From: Candidatus Limnocylindrus sp.
GTDB taxonomy: Bacteria; Chloroflexota; Limnocylindria; Limnocylindrales; Limnocylindraceae
DNA: 64,000 bases
NCBI GenBank assembly: GCA_046081085.1
Contig: JBJTVF010000014.1
Span: 14,207-78,206, forward strand
Direction of reading: 5' to 3'
Below are positions 54,359 through 63,748 of this stretch, one piece after another (the first letter of the stretch is position 1; every line of letters begins with the position of its first letter). Below the pieces are notes generated by a model that worked only from the letters and a program-made list of their open reading frames with translations, ran no database searches and had not been told where the DNA came from. The translations under genes and the position numbers were made by a program.

Positions 54359-55531
54359 ATGAAACTGCACGAGGCAGAGGCCCGCGAACTCCTTCGTCGC
54401 GCTGGTCTCCCCGTCCCTGACGGCGAGGTCGCAACAACCCCAGCCGCCGCCCGAGCCACTGCAGAGCGACTCTTTGCTGGCGGTGCCACAAAGGTTGTCA
54501 TCAAGGCCCAGGTGCTCGTTGGCGGTCGCGGCAAGGCGGGCGGCGTCAAGCTCGCTGGGAGCGCCGAGGAGGCGGAGAAGATCGCGGCGCAGATCCTTGC
54601 ACTCACTATCAAAGAGCTCCCAGTGCGTCGCGTGCTCGTGGCTCCCGCGTCGGAAATCCTCCGCGAGATCTATCTCTCCGCACTAATCGATCGCAGCAGC
54701 CGCGGCATCCTCCTCATGGCATCGGCCGCCGGTGGTATGGAGATTGAAGAGGTGGCCGCAAAAGATCCGACGGCGATCATTCGCGAGAACGCGCATCCGC
54801 ATGCAGGTCTCCTCCCCTTCCAGGCGCGACGCCTCGGGCTCCGCATCGGTGCACGCGGCGATCTCCTTAAGCAGTTCGTCGCAATCGCAACAGGACTCGT
54901 CCGGGTTGCACGAGAAGCAGACGCCGATCTCGTCGAAGTGAATCCGCTCGCTGTTGTTCCAGCGCCCGAGCTTCCAGGCGGCGAACGACTCGTCTGCCTT
55001 GATGCGAAGGTCACAATTGACGACTCCGCACTTGACCGTCACCCAGAGCTTGAAGCGTGGCGCGACGAAGATAGTGAGGATCCTATTGATCGCGAGGCGC
55101 GGGAGATGGGGATCGCCTATATCCGACTTGACGGCAGCATTGGCTGCATGGTGAACGGCGCGGGTCTTGCCATGACCACACTCGACCTTGTGACTCGTGC
55201 TGGCGGTACGCCAGCAAACTTCCTAGACATTGGCGGCGGTGCTCGCGCCGATAAGGTTGCCGCCGCCATGCGCATCATCCTTGCGGACACAGGAGTTAAC
55301 GCAATCCTCGTCAACATCTTCGGCGGTATCACGCGTGGCGATGAGGTTGCGCGCGGACTCATTGAGGCACGTGGCCAGCAGGAGCGCACCGTTCCGATGG
55401 TGGTGCGCATTGTTGGCACGAATGCAAGAGAGGCGGCAGAGCTTCTCACCGCGGGTGGGTTTGCAACGGCATCAAGCCTTGATGAGGCGGCGGAGAAGGC
55501 GGTGGCTCTCGCCGCAGGAGGTGCGGTGTGA
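54359..55531 (+). CDS. sucC: Succinyl-CoA synthetase beta subunit. The start is at [11 protein letters not shown].
   Basis: ATP-grasp N-terminus [20 protein letters not shown] and a C-terminal CoA-ligase domain. Confidence 0.93.
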   Translation: MKLHEAEARELLRRAGLPVPDGEVATTPAAARATAERLFAGGATKVVIKAQVLVGGRGKAGGVKLAGSAEEAEKIAAQILALTIKELPVRRVLVAPASEILREIYLSALIDRSSRGILLMASAAGGMEIEEVAAKDPTAIIRENAHPHAGLLPFQARRLGLRIGARGDLLKQFVAIATGLVRVAREADADLVEVNPLAVVPAPELPGGERLVCLDAKVTIDDSALDRHPELEAWRDEDSEDPIDREAREMGIAYIRLDGSIGCMVNGAGLAMTTLDLVTRAGGTPANFLDIGGGARADKVAAAMRIILADTGVNAILVNIFGGITRGDEVARGLIEARGQQERTVPMVVRIVGTNAREAAELLTAGGFATASSLDEAAEKAVALAAGGAV

Positions 55532-56427
55532 GCATCCTGGTTGGACCACAGACGCGCCTCGTCGTGCAAGGTCTCACCGGTCGCGAAGGCGGATTCCACG
55601 CCGCGCAAATGGCGGCCTACGGCACCAAGATCGTCGCGGGGGTGACTCCGGGTCGCGGCGGAGAGCGCGCACTTGATGACAGTGTCCCAATGTTTGACAC
55701 CGTGATCGACGCGGTGCGCGAAACGGGTGCCAACACGAGCTGCATCTTTGTTCCAGCTGCGGGAGCTGGCGATGCAATCGCCGAAGCGGCTGAGGCTGGC
55801 ATCAAGGTCATCTTCTGCATCACCGAAGGGATCCCCGTCCATGACATGGTCGGCGCGCTTGCCATCGTCCGCGCGCACGGCGCGCATCTCATCGGCCCGA
55901 ACTGCCCCGGTGCAACATCACCGGGCACAAACGGGAGCGGTACCAAGGTTGGCATCATCCCCGCCTCCATTCACCTTCCAGGCGACGTTGGGGTGGTGAG
56001 CCGATCAGGAACGCTGACCTACGAAGCGGTGCAGTCGATGACGGATGCGGGGATCGGTCAGTCCACCTGCCTCGGCATCGGTGGCGACCCGATCATCGGC
56101 ACCACATTCCGCGAGGCGCTAGAGCTCTTTTCTGAAGATTCAGCAACGCGCGCGATCGTCTTGATCGGCGAGATCGGTGGGTCTGCCGAGGAGGAGGCGG
56201 CCGCCTGGGCTGCTGAGAACTTGAAGCACCTTCCACGCGTCGCATTTATCGCTGGACGTGCCGCCCCTGAGGGGCGACGCATGGGTCACGCAGGGGCGAT
56301 CGTCTCTGGCGCCTCAGGGCGCGCGGTAGACAAGATCGCAGCCCTCGAGGCTGCCGGCTTCAAGGTGGCTGGCTCCCCGACCGAACTCCCCCGCCTTCTC
56401 ATTGAGGCTGGCTACAAGAAGTCCTAG
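55528..56427 (+). CDS. sucD: Succinyl-CoA synthetase alpha subunit.
   Basis: [11 protein letters not shown] and GHAGAI (the phosphohistidine loop). Confidence 0.93.
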   Translation: MSILVGPQTRLVVQGLTGREGGFHAAQMAAYGTKIVAGVTPGRGGERALDDSVPMFDTVIDAVRETGANTSCIFVPAAGAGDAIAEAAEAGIKVIFCITEGIPVHDMVGALAIVRAHGAHLIGPNCPGATSPGTNGSGTKVGIIPASIHLPGDVGVVSRSGTLTYEAVQSMTDAGIGQSTCLGIGGDPIIGTTFREALELFSEDSATRAIVLIGEIGGSAEEEAAAWAAENLKHLPRVAFIAGRAAPEGRRMGHAGAIVSGASGRAVDKIAALEAAGFKVAGSPTELPRLLIEAGYKKS

Positions 56428-56459
56428 CCGACGCGCGGCGCGCGCTCGGCGCTGAAGGC

Positions 56460-56957
56460 CTAACGAATCCGCAGTTCCGTCGGGTCTCCGTAGCCGAGGC
56501 GCTTCCACGCTGGGCCACCTGGCGCCTCAATCAACTCCACCAAGATGCCGTGACAACTCTTCGGATGCAGGAACGCGACCGGTCCCTCGACGCCCTCCAC
56601 GGCCACGGCGTTGATCAGCTGAACCCCAGCGCCCGCGAGACGCTGCAACTCTGCATCAATGTCAGCAACCTCAAGACAGAGGTGGTGAAACCCTTCGCCC
56701 TTGGACGCAAGGAAACGCGCGACACCGCTCGTGCTGTTCGTGGGCGCCACAAGTTCAATCTTTGAGTCACCCGCCGTAAGGAATGCGATGCGAACCTCCT
56801 GCGAAGGGACATCGGCGATCTGCTCGAGCGGAAGCCGAAGCACTTCAGCGTGGAACCTCACCGCCGCCTCAAGGTCCTTCACCACCGTCGCCACGTGATG
56901 GATGCGCCCCTGCACAGGGAGCGCGCCGAACCGATCAATGCGATCGCGCTCGCTCAC
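56460..56957 (-). CDS. Methylmalonyl-CoA epimerase (VOC/glyoxalase family).
   Basis: [18 protein letters not shown]...GFHHLCLEV is the VOC fold. It overlaps the mutase gene by 4 nt. Confidence 0.75.
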   Translation of the reverse strand: MSERDRIDRFGALPVQGRIHHVATVVKDLEAAVRFHAEVLRLPLEQIADVPSQEVRIAFLTAGDSKIELVAPTNSTSGVARFLASKGEGFHHLCLEVADIDAELQRLAGAGVQLINAVAVEGVEGPVAFLHPKSCHGILVELIEAPGGPAWKRLGYGDPTELRIR

Positions 56958-58591
56958 AAGACGAGAGACTCGCGATACTCACCCAAGATCTCGCGGAGTG
57001 CCGCACTGATCTCGCCGACGGTGAGACCAGCCTTCACACCGCTGATGAGGTGCGGCATCAAGTTCTCGCTGCCGCGTGCCGCGGCCTTGATTGCGTCGAG
57101 CATCTCCGCAACGGCCGTGGTGTCACGCGAGGCACGGAAGTTCTTGAGGGCCGTGACCTGTTCGCGCTCTCGTGCTGGATCAATGCGAGCGATTGGCGGC
57201 GTGGTGACCGCTTCGTCAACGAACTGGTTCACGCCGACAATGACGCGCGCCCCTGTCTCGACTTCACGCTGATAGGCAAACGCAGCATCTTGAATTGCGC
57301 GTTGCGGGAAGCCTGCCGAGATCGCTGCAACCGCACCACCGAGACGATCGGTCTCCGCGATCAGCGCGAGCACTTCGGTCTCAATCGCGTCAGTGAGCGC
57401 TTCAATGGCCCAACTTCCGCCTAGTGGATCAACCGTTCCAGCAACGCCTGCTTCATGGGCAAGCACCTGCTGCGTGCGCAAGGCGAGACGAGCCGACTCT
57501 TCCGTAGGAAGCGCGAGCGCCTCATCTTTTCCGTTGACGTGCAGGCTCTGCGCACCGCCAAGAACTGCGGCGAGCGCCTGGTACGCAGCGCGTACGACAT
57601 TGTTGTCGATGGATTGCGCGGTGAGGGCGGATCCCGCCGTCTGCACGTGGAAACGGCAATGCAGCGACTTCTCGCTGGTGGCGCCAAAACGCTCCTTCAT
57701 CAGGCGTGCCCAGATACGCCGTGCTGCGCGAAACTTTGCCGTCTCTTCCAGGATGTCGGTCCACGCCGCAAAGAAGAAAGAGAGTCGCGGTGCAATCGTA
57801 TCAACCTGCATCCCCCGCGCGACCGCCTCCTCCACATACGCGATGGCGTTGGCGAATGTGAAGGCAAGCTCCTGCGCCGCAGTCGCCCCAGCCTCGCGCA
57901 TGTGATACCCAGAGATGCTGATCGTGTTCCACTTTGGTAGCTCCGCGCTGCTCCACTCAACCACATCGGTGATCAGACGCATTGATGGTGCAGGTGGAAA
58001 GATGTAGGTGCCTCGAGCGATGTACTCCTTGAGCAGGTCATTCTGTGTCGTCCCAGAGAGGTCCGCGCGCGACACCCCCTGTCGCTCCGCCACCGCAACA
58101 TAGAGGGCGAGCAGGATCGGCGCGGTGGCATTGATCGTCATCGAGGTGGAGACTCGGTCGAGTGGGATTCCGTCGAAGAGTTGTTCCATATCGGCGAGCG
58201 AATCGATCGCCACCCCTACCCGGCCGACCTCCCCCTCTGCCTCTGGCGCGTCTGAGTCGTATCCCATCTGCGTCGGGAGATCGAAGGCAACCGAGAGCCC
58301 AGTCTGGCCCTGCTCCAGGAGGTAGCGGTAGCGGGCATTCGACTCCTTGGCGGTCGAGAATCCAGCGTACTGGCGCATCGTCCAGAGCCGCCCGCGATAC
58401 ATGGTTGGCTGGACACCTCTGGTGAAGGGGTAGGAGCCGGCCGCCCCCGTGGCATCTGCCGATCGCCCTGCGGCACTCTCGGGACCGTACTCCTGGCGAA
58501 GGGGGATGCCCGAGCTCGTCGAGGGACGCGCCGTCTCCCGCTTCCCGTCTCCCGACATCAAGGCCTCCCCGTTTGTTACATCCTCTGACAC
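56954..58591 (-). CDS. Methylmalonyl-CoA mutase family large (catalytic TIM-barrel) subunit, split form. It has no B12-binding domain in this polypeptide.
   Basis: [61 protein letters not shown] is the canonical MCM N-domain. The protein ends (545 aa) before any B12-binding (DxHxxG) domain. Confidence 0.85.
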   Translation of the reverse strand: MSEDVTNGEALMSGDGKRETARPSTSSGIPLRQEYGPESAAGRSADATGAAGSYPFTRGVQPTMYRGRLWTMRQYAGFSTAKESNARYRYLLEQGQTGLSVAFDLPTQMGYDSDAPEAEGEVGRVGVAIDSLADMEQLFDGIPLDRVSTSMTINATAPILLALYVAVAERQGVSRADLSGTTQNDLLKEYIARGTYIFPPAPSMRLITDVVEWSSAELPKWNTISISGYHMREAGATAAQELAFTFANAIAYVEEAVARGMQVDTIAPRLSFFFAAWTDILEETAKFRAARRIWARLMKERFGATSEKSLHCRFHVQTAGSALTAQSIDNNVVRAAYQALAAVLGGAQSLHVNGKDEALALPTEESARLALRTQQVLAHEAGVAGTVDPLGGSWAIEALTDAIETEVLALIAETDRLGGAVAAISAGFPQRAIQDAAFAYQREVETGARVIVGVNQFVDEAVTTPPIARIDPAREREQVTALKNFRASRDTTAVAEMLDAIKAAARGSENLMPHLISGVKAGLTVGEISAALREILGEYRESLVL

Positions 58592-58745
58592 CCGCTTCGG
58601 TGCGCAGATTCTCCCACACCCCCACCCCGTCAGAGAGCCTCACTGGGGCGCTGGCTGCGATCTACACGGACAGGGTGTCTGCGCGCCGTCCGTGTGCGCG
58701 GACAACGCGCACAGGCGGAGCTACGAACAAAGACAAGGGAGTAGG

Positions 58746-59570
58746 ATGCGCTTGGCGCAAAAGGCGGCACACCGCCAGCGCTCGCGGAGGGGGTTGATGG
58801 GGAAGGTCATTGCGGTCGCCAACCAGAAGGGCGGCGTTGGAAAGACGACCACGGTCGTCAACCTTGCTGGGGCACTCGCGGAGCGCGGTCTCAAGGTCCT
58901 CGCCATCGATATGGATGCCCAGGCGAACCTGACCGCGGGACTTGGCTTCAACCTCGCCGACGTCTCCCGCTCAACAGCAGACGTCCTCGTTTCGCAGGAG
59001 CGTGCCCTCGCTCCGATCATTCTTCACAGCGACTTCCCTGGCATTGATGTGGCTCCCGCCACCCTCGACCTCGCCTCGGCCGAGGTAGACCTATTCAACG
59101 CCATGGGTCGGGAGTACGCACTGCGCGAGGCACTTGAAGACGGCACGCGCGGCGCCTACGACTACATCCTGATCGACTGCCCACCAACACTCGGTCTGCT
59201 CACGATCAATGGCCTTGTGGCCTCAGACGCCGTGATCGTCCCGGTTCAGGCGCAGTACTACGCGCTGAAGGGGCTAAAGAACCTATTGAATGTCGTGAAG
59301 ACTATCCACTCCAAGCTGAATAAAGACCTCACCATTCTCGGGCTCCTCCCAACCTTCGTTGACCAGCGCACCGTACTTGGCAAGGAGATGCTCGCAGAGA
59401 TGCAGGGGTATGCAGACGCTCCAGTCTTCAAGACAATCATTGGCTCGACGGTGCGACTTGGGGAGGCTCCCCTCACCGGCAAGCCGATCACTGTCTACGC
59501 TCCGGTCTCAGAGGCGGCGGAAATGTATCGCGAACTAGCAGCGGAGGTGATCGCACGTGGCCAAGCCTGA
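58746..59570 (+). CDS. parA: Chromosome partitioning ATPase ParA/Soj. The start could alternatively be the Met at 58797.
   Basis: Deviant Walker A KGGVGKTT. The upstream ATG at 58746 has a GGGAGTAGG RBS. Confidence 0.9.
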   Translation: MRLAQKAAHRQRSRRGLMGKVIAVANQKGGVGKTTTVVNLAGALAERGLKVLAIDMDAQANLTAGLGFNLADVSRSTADVLVSQERALAPIILHSDFPGIDVAPATLDLASAEVDLFNAMGREYALREALEDGTRGAYDYILIDCPPTLGLLTINGLVASDAVIVPVQAQYYALKGLKNLLNVVKTIHSKLNKDLTILGLLPTFVDQRTVLGKEMLAEMQGYADAPVFKTIIGSTVRLGEAPLTGKPITVYAPVSEAAEMYRELAAEVIARGQA

Positions 59571-60627
59571 TTTCCGCGCAGCGGCGAGCCAGCGCCTCGC
59601 GCAGGAAGAGAAGCTCAGCGACTCCGTCCTTTCGCTGCTCAAGCCGGAGGGCGAACAACACGATCGCGCCGTACGGCAGATTGCCATTGACCGAATTAGA
59701 CCTAACCCAAAGCAACCAAGGATTGCGGCAGATCCGGATTCATTGAATGAGCTGACCGCAAGCATTCGTGAGCACGGCGTCCTGCAGCCGATCCTGGTTC
59801 GCCCACTTGATCGTGGGCACTACGAAATCGTCGCTGGTGAGAGGCGCTGGCGCGCGGTCACCGCACTCGCACTCGCAATGATCCCTGCGATCATTGAGGA
59901 GATGAGCGATGAGCAGGCAATCGAGATTGCGGTGATTGAGAACCTCCAGCGCGAAGACCTCTCTCCGCTCGACGAAGCGGCAATCTTTGCACGGATGACC
60001 ACCGAGCTCGGATACAGCATTCGAAAGCTTGCCGAAAAACTGGGAAAGGACAAGGGCTACATTGAGAACCGACTGCGTCTGGTTGCCGCGCCCGCCGATG
60101 TCCGCGCACTCGTTGCGGAGCGATCTGACACCATCAGCCATGCCTATGAACTGATGAAGATTGACGACCCTGCGCGTCGTGCCGAACTCGCGGCGCAGAT
60201 CGCACGCGGCGAACTCTCGCTCGCACGGTTGAAGAGCGTGGTGCGCGGCGAGAGCGACCGCCCAAGCCTGGGCGCGCCTGCCCCTGCGCCATTGAATCCT
60301 CCGCTGCAAGCTCCGATTGCTGATGCGGCCCCGACAGCGCCAGCGATAGCGGTCACCCAGCCAACGATCATTCAGAGCAGCAGTGTGCCTCTCGCAGGCG
60401 ATGTCACCTCTCCCCTTGCGGCAACGAGCGACGCTGGCCTTACGAATGCGCGCGAGGCCCTGGGGAGCGCCATCGATGAGCTCGCGACCATTCTGCATGC
60501 GATCGACCGCGCGGACGGCACCGTGAGGCTCAAGGCGCTCGACCGCATGAACATGGCGAAGTGGCTGCAGATCGCGCGCAACAAGCTCGATAACCTCGCC
60601 GCGATCCTTCGTCAAAAAGGCGAGTAG
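59557..60627 (+). CDS. parB: Chromosome partitioning protein ParB/Spo0J, with a Pro/Ala-rich linker and C-terminal dimerisation region.
   Basis: The ParB box GERRWRA and an HTH domain; 356 aa. Confidence 0.9.
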   Translation: MAKPDFRAAASQRLAQEEKLSDSVLSLLKPEGEQHDRAVRQIAIDRIRPNPKQPRIAADPDSLNELTASIREHGVLQPILVRPLDRGHYEIVAGERRWRAVTALALAMIPAIIEEMSDEQAIEIAVIENLQREDLSPLDEAAIFARMTTELGYSIRKLAEKLGKDKGYIENRLRLVAAPADVRALVAERSDTISHAYELMKIDDPARRAELAAQIARGELSLARLKSVVRGESDRPSLGAPAPAPLNPPLQAPIADAAPTAPAIAVTQPTIIQSSSVPLAGDVTSPLAATSDAGLTNAREALGSAIDELATILHAIDRADGTVRLKALDRMNMAKWLQIARNKLDNLAAILRQKGE

Positions 60628-60675
60628 CGCCGACCCTGGCTCAGCGGTCGCCCCGCGATGCCATGAAGAGCCCTG

Positions 60676-61044
60676 CTAGATGTAGACGACCTCTTCGAAG
60701 GTCGCCACGAGAAAATTGATCAGTCGACCCTTCCCTCGACCTCGGTCTATGGCGCGAGTTCCTGGCACAAGGGCCCAGAGCGCCACTGCGGGGAAGATCA
60801 AGCGTCCCTCCTCATCGCGGCCCATGGTGGCGGCGGCACCGCCTCCAGCCGTGAATGCTCCCGCGAGGCCATCGTCATCAAGACTTGTCGCCTTGCCGAA
60901 CTCGTGAACTGCCTGAACGACACCCTTCCGCTTGGCGATATCGCGGAGGGAGCTCGCTACCCAGGCGTCAATCTGCGCATCATCTTGAGCAAGGAGCTTT
61001 GCACGATAAGCAGCGGGAGTCTCGCTGAGTCCGGTTGCAACCAT
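60676..61044 (-). CDS. Hypothetical protein (122 aa), with no recognisable motif.
   Basis: An ORF with plausible composition between parB and tRNA-Asn. No family assignment is possible by eye. Confidence 0.35.
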   Translation of the reverse strand: MVATGLSETPAAYRAKLLAQDDAQIDAWVASSLRDIAKRKGVVQAVHEFGKATSLDDDGLAGAFTAGGGAAATMGRDEEGRLIFPAVALWALVPGTRAIDRGRGKGRLINFLVATFEEVVYI

Positions 61045-61083
61045 CTGCCCCCCTTGGAAATCTCTCGCACGTTGTATTGAATT

Positions 61084-61158
61084 TGGCTCCGGCGGTAGGG
61101 CTCGAACCTACGACCTAGCGGTTAACAGCCGCCCGCTCTACCACTGAGCTACGCCGGA
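61084..61158 (-). tRNA. tRNA-Asn (anticodon GTT).
   Basis: Reverse complement TCCGGCGTAGCTCAGTGGTAGAGCGGGCGGCTGTTAACCGCTAGGTCGTAGGTTCGAGCCCTACCGCCGGAGCCA. Anticodon loop CTGTTAA. Confidence 0.9.
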
Positions 61159-61203
61159 ACAGGTCGGCAGCGCAAGACCGCCAAGGGCGAAATGGTAGCA
61201 GGG

Positions 61204-61491
61204 TCAGGGACGACGAGAGGGGTCGCCGCGCTCCTCGCCTGCGCCACGAGCGCGGCGGGCAAGGTTCCGCTCTTCGCGGAGTTGCATGGCGTTGGCGCCG
61301 ATGGCGAAGAGCCTGCGACGTAGCCACGTGGCATAGAAGAGAGGTCCGATGATCGGCAGTCCGATCACGGGAAGCACTGACCAGAAGAGCGGACGCGGGA
61401 TCCCTGGGATGACATCCATGTCTCGAATAACACGCAGGGCTGGTAGCCACCATACGGCGACTACCAGCCCCAGGACGATCAGATCGCCCAT
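61204..61491 (-). CDS. Small membrane protein with a PLDc_N-like (phospholipase-D/cardiolipin synthase N-terminal) domain.
   Basis: Two TM helices. VLPVIGLPIIGPLFYATWLRRR resembles the PLDc_N motif. Confidence 0.45.
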   Translation of the reverse strand: MGDLIVLGLVVAVWWLPALRVIRDMDVIPGIPRPLFWSVLPVIGLPIIGPLFYATWLRRRLFAIGANAMQLREERNLARRARGAGEERGDPSRRP

Positions 61492-61537
61492 GCGTTCCCG
61501 CCTACGCCCAGAGAGCCGAGGCGGAAAGTTTCACGAG

Positions 61538-62755
61538 TTAGCGTCGGCCCTTTCCTGTGACCGGCGTGCGACCCGGGGTCGCAAGGTTCTGCGTGCGGAT
61601 CGCTGTTGCGAACAGCACGTAGTAGATCGCCGCAAAGACGACGCCGAGACCCAGGATCCCGAGAGGCCCTGTGCTTCCGCCCGCCGATGCGTTCGATGCC
61701 AACGTGAAGTTCAACAGATAGTCGATCAAGCCTGCGGAGAAGCCGAAGCCCTGAACCCAGTCGAGCTGAGCGCAGATTGCTAGGGCCGCACCGGCAAGGA
61801 GTCCGTGGATCGCGAAGAGCACTGGTGCTGCATACGCGAAGCTGAACTCAATCGGCTCAGTGATTCCGGTGAGGAACGAGGTGAAGCCTGCCGAACCCAT
61901 GATGGATCCGGTTGTCTTCTTCTCGCTCTTGTCTGCCGCCTGATAGATGGCGTATGCCGCGGCCGGGAGGCCGAACATCATCACCACGAACCAACCAGCC
62001 ATGAATGGACCCGCCGTTGGGTCACCAGCGAAGAAGCGGTTCAGGTCGCCGGTCACGACTGTGCCATCGGCCTTCGTATAGCTTCCGAGCTGGAACCAGA
62101 CGAACGTGTTCAAGATGTGATGCAAGCCCACCAAGAGGAGCATGCGGTTTGCGAAGCCGTAGAGAATGAGGCCGATGCCACCCAACGTCACGATCGCATC
62201 GCCGAAGCTCTGGATGGCAGCACCGATTGGTGGCCACACGAAGCCAGCGACGACACCAGCCGCCACCGACGCGAATGCCGTGACGATTGGTACGAAGCGT
62301 CGACCAGCGAAGAAGCCGAGGTAGCTCGGCAACTTCTGATCCTTGTAATTGTTGTATGCCCATGCTGCGATCACGCCGATCAGGATGCCGCCGAAGACTG
62401 ACATGTTCACCTTCGCAGGTGCCTCAGCCTTGTTCAGCACGTCGATCAACGAACCGACACCATTGATCTTCGCCAAGATCTGATAGCCGACTGCGGCGCC
62501 GAGGGCGGCCACACCAGCACCTTCGGTGAGGCCGACAGCCACACCGATGGCGAAGAGGAGCGCCAGGTTGCCGAACACAGCATCACCGGCGATCGTCATG
62601 ACGTTCCAGACGACCGTGAGGGCCGTCCCATCCGCGACCTTGAGGTCGCCGCTAAGGAGCACGCCGAAGCGGAGCAGAAGCGCCGCTGCAGGGAGCACCG
62701 CGATCGGGAGCATCAACGCCTTCCCGATCTTCTGTAGTTGCTCAAACATTCCCAT
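61538..62755 (-). CDS. PTS glucose/GlcNAc-family EIIC permease component. It is a stand-alone EIIC; the start is uncertain among a GTG and two ATGs at 62749-62764.
   Basis: MFEQLQKIGKALMLPIAVLPAAALLLRFG matches the PTS EIIC Glc-family N-terminus. It is a 10-12 TM protein. Confidence 0.85.
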   Translation of the reverse strand: MGMFEQLQKIGKALMLPIAVLPAAALLLRFGVLLSGDLKVADGTALTVVWNVMTIAGDAVFGNLALLFAIGVAVGLTEGAGVAALGAAVGYQILAKINGVGSLIDVLNKAEAPAKVNMSVFGGILIGVIAAWAYNNYKDQKLPSYLGFFAGRRFVPIVTAFASVAAGVVAGFVWPPIGAAIQSFGDAIVTLGGIGLILYGFANRMLLLVGLHHILNTFVWFQLGSYTKADGTVVTGDLNRFFAGDPTAGPFMAGWFVVMMFGLPAAAYAIYQAADKSEKKTTGSIMGSAGFTSFLTGITEPIEFSFAYAAPVLFAIHGLLAGAALAICAQLDWVQGFGFSAGLIDYLLNFTLASNASAGGSTGPLGILGLGVVFAAIYYVLFATAIRTQNLATPGRTPVTGKGRR

Positions 62756-62767
62756 TACCTCCACTTA

Positions 62768-62807
62768 AGCGTGAGGCCCTGCCCTTGCGGCCAGGACGGC
62801 TCACGCT
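62768..62807 (-). promoter_or_regulatory. Stable hairpin (8 bp outer stem, GC-rich interior) 13 nt upstream of the EIIC RBS. It sits within a 160 nt crr-EIIC spacer and is a candidate attenuator or processing element.
   Basis: AGCGTGAG-N24-CTCACGCT. The remaining spacer also contains AACCCT/AGGGTT pairing. Confidence 0.35.
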
Positions 62808-62925
62808 TGGGAACAACCCTACCTCCTGGGTAAGGGTATGGCAAGGGTTCTGATTAAGGTCCCTTTACCGTCCCCAGCCACGCTGCCCCTCCTCGTGGAT
62901 CGAGGGGATAGCGAGGAGGCTGGTC

Positions 62926-63393
62926 CTAGGCGGGGTGGACCACCATCAGGGGGTCTCCCGCCCGTACCTGTGTCCCGGCGGCGGCAAGGTGCTCAACCCG
63001 CTGTGCCTCGATCGCCACGATGGGGGTGAGGAGGGAGGTGCCGCCCGCACGGATGCTGGACGCCGCAAGCTCCACGAGGGGCTGGCCCGCAACGATCTGA
63101 TCTCCATCCCCTACGAGCGCCTTCAGGCCGACCCCCTTAAGGGAAACCGTGTCGAGCCCAAGGTGCAGAAGGATTGGTCCCGCCGAGCTCTCAATAGCGA
63201 TCCCGTGGCCGCCAGGGAAGACCTTCGCCACGTTCCCATCGCATGGGGCGAGGGCGGTCACACTTGCTACCTCTTCAGGGTCGAGTGCGACCCCGTCCCC
63301 CATGATCCCTTGCGCGAAGACTGGGTCGGGTAGGTCACCGAAGGCGACAACGCGAGCACTGAATGGGGCCAATACTGTGACGGGGGTGCCCAC
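62926..63393 (-). CDS. crr: PTS EIIA component, glucose family (Crr-like).
   Basis: GDGVALDP...HGIAIESSAGPILLHLGLDTVSLKG (the His active-site region); 155 aa. Confidence 0.88.
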   Translation of the reverse strand: MGTPVTVLAPFSARVVAFGDLPDPVFAQGIMGDGVALDPEEVASVTALAPCDGNVAKVFPGGHGIAIESSAGPILLHLGLDTVSLKGVGLKALVGDGDQIVAGQPLVELAASSIRAGGTSLLTPIVAIEAQRVEHLAAAGTQVRAGDPLMVVHPA

Positions 63394-63645
63394 TCAGCGC
63401 TTCATCTGACGGCGCATCTCGGACTCAATGTTGTCCGAGAGCGTGCCCATCACCACCTGGACCCCTTTACCGAACTTCACGACGGCGATCGCCCCAGCCT
63501 TCTTGAGCGCCGCCTCATTCATCTTTTTCATGTCGACAAGGTCGCAACGAATGCGCGTGATGCATGGCTCGCTCGACTTGATGTTGCTCGCACCACCGAG
63601 ACCCTTGATCACCGCCTTTGCGGTCGCAACCAGATCCTGGCCCAT
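63394..63645 (-). CDS. PTS EIIB component, glucose family, as a stand-alone polypeptide. The start is at the internal Met (MGQDLV), after an AAGGAGG RBS.
   Basis: NIKSSEPCITRIRCDLVD is the EIIB-Glc active-site Cys motif (CITRLR). It is about 84 aa. Confidence 0.85.
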   Translation of the reverse strand: MGQDLVATAKAVIKGLGGASNIKSSEPCITRIRCDLVDMKKMNEAALKKAGAIAVVKFGKGVQVVMGTLSDNIESEMRRQMKR

Positions 63646-63748
63646 CGCAACTCCTCCTTCTCCTGCCCCTGAGCGAACGCTCAGAGCCTCATTCTGCCTT
63701 GCCACGACGAGTCCTGGGGAGTGCTGGCGCGCCTCGTGAGACCGTCCG

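Noticed and set aside
51626-54491. Long N-terminal extensions on the sdhA (703 aa) and sdhC (229 aa) ORF-track calls, as possible novel domains.
   Set aside because: The extensions are Arg/Pro-rich, overlap upstream genes in other frames, and are bypassed by internal ATGs. Those internal ATGs have good RBSs and canonical N-termini, with ATGA coupling between sdhC and sdhD.
58430-58745. Cobalamin riboswitch upstream of the B12-dependent mutase.
   Set aside because: No B12-box-like (GCCACUG-type) conserved core was seen in the leader. Mutase genes are not usual riboswitch targets.
61045-61203. tRNA-Asn as an integration hotspot with flanking cargo.
   Set aside because: The flanks contain only two small ORFs and then core PTS genes. 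No integrase or repeat remnants are visible.
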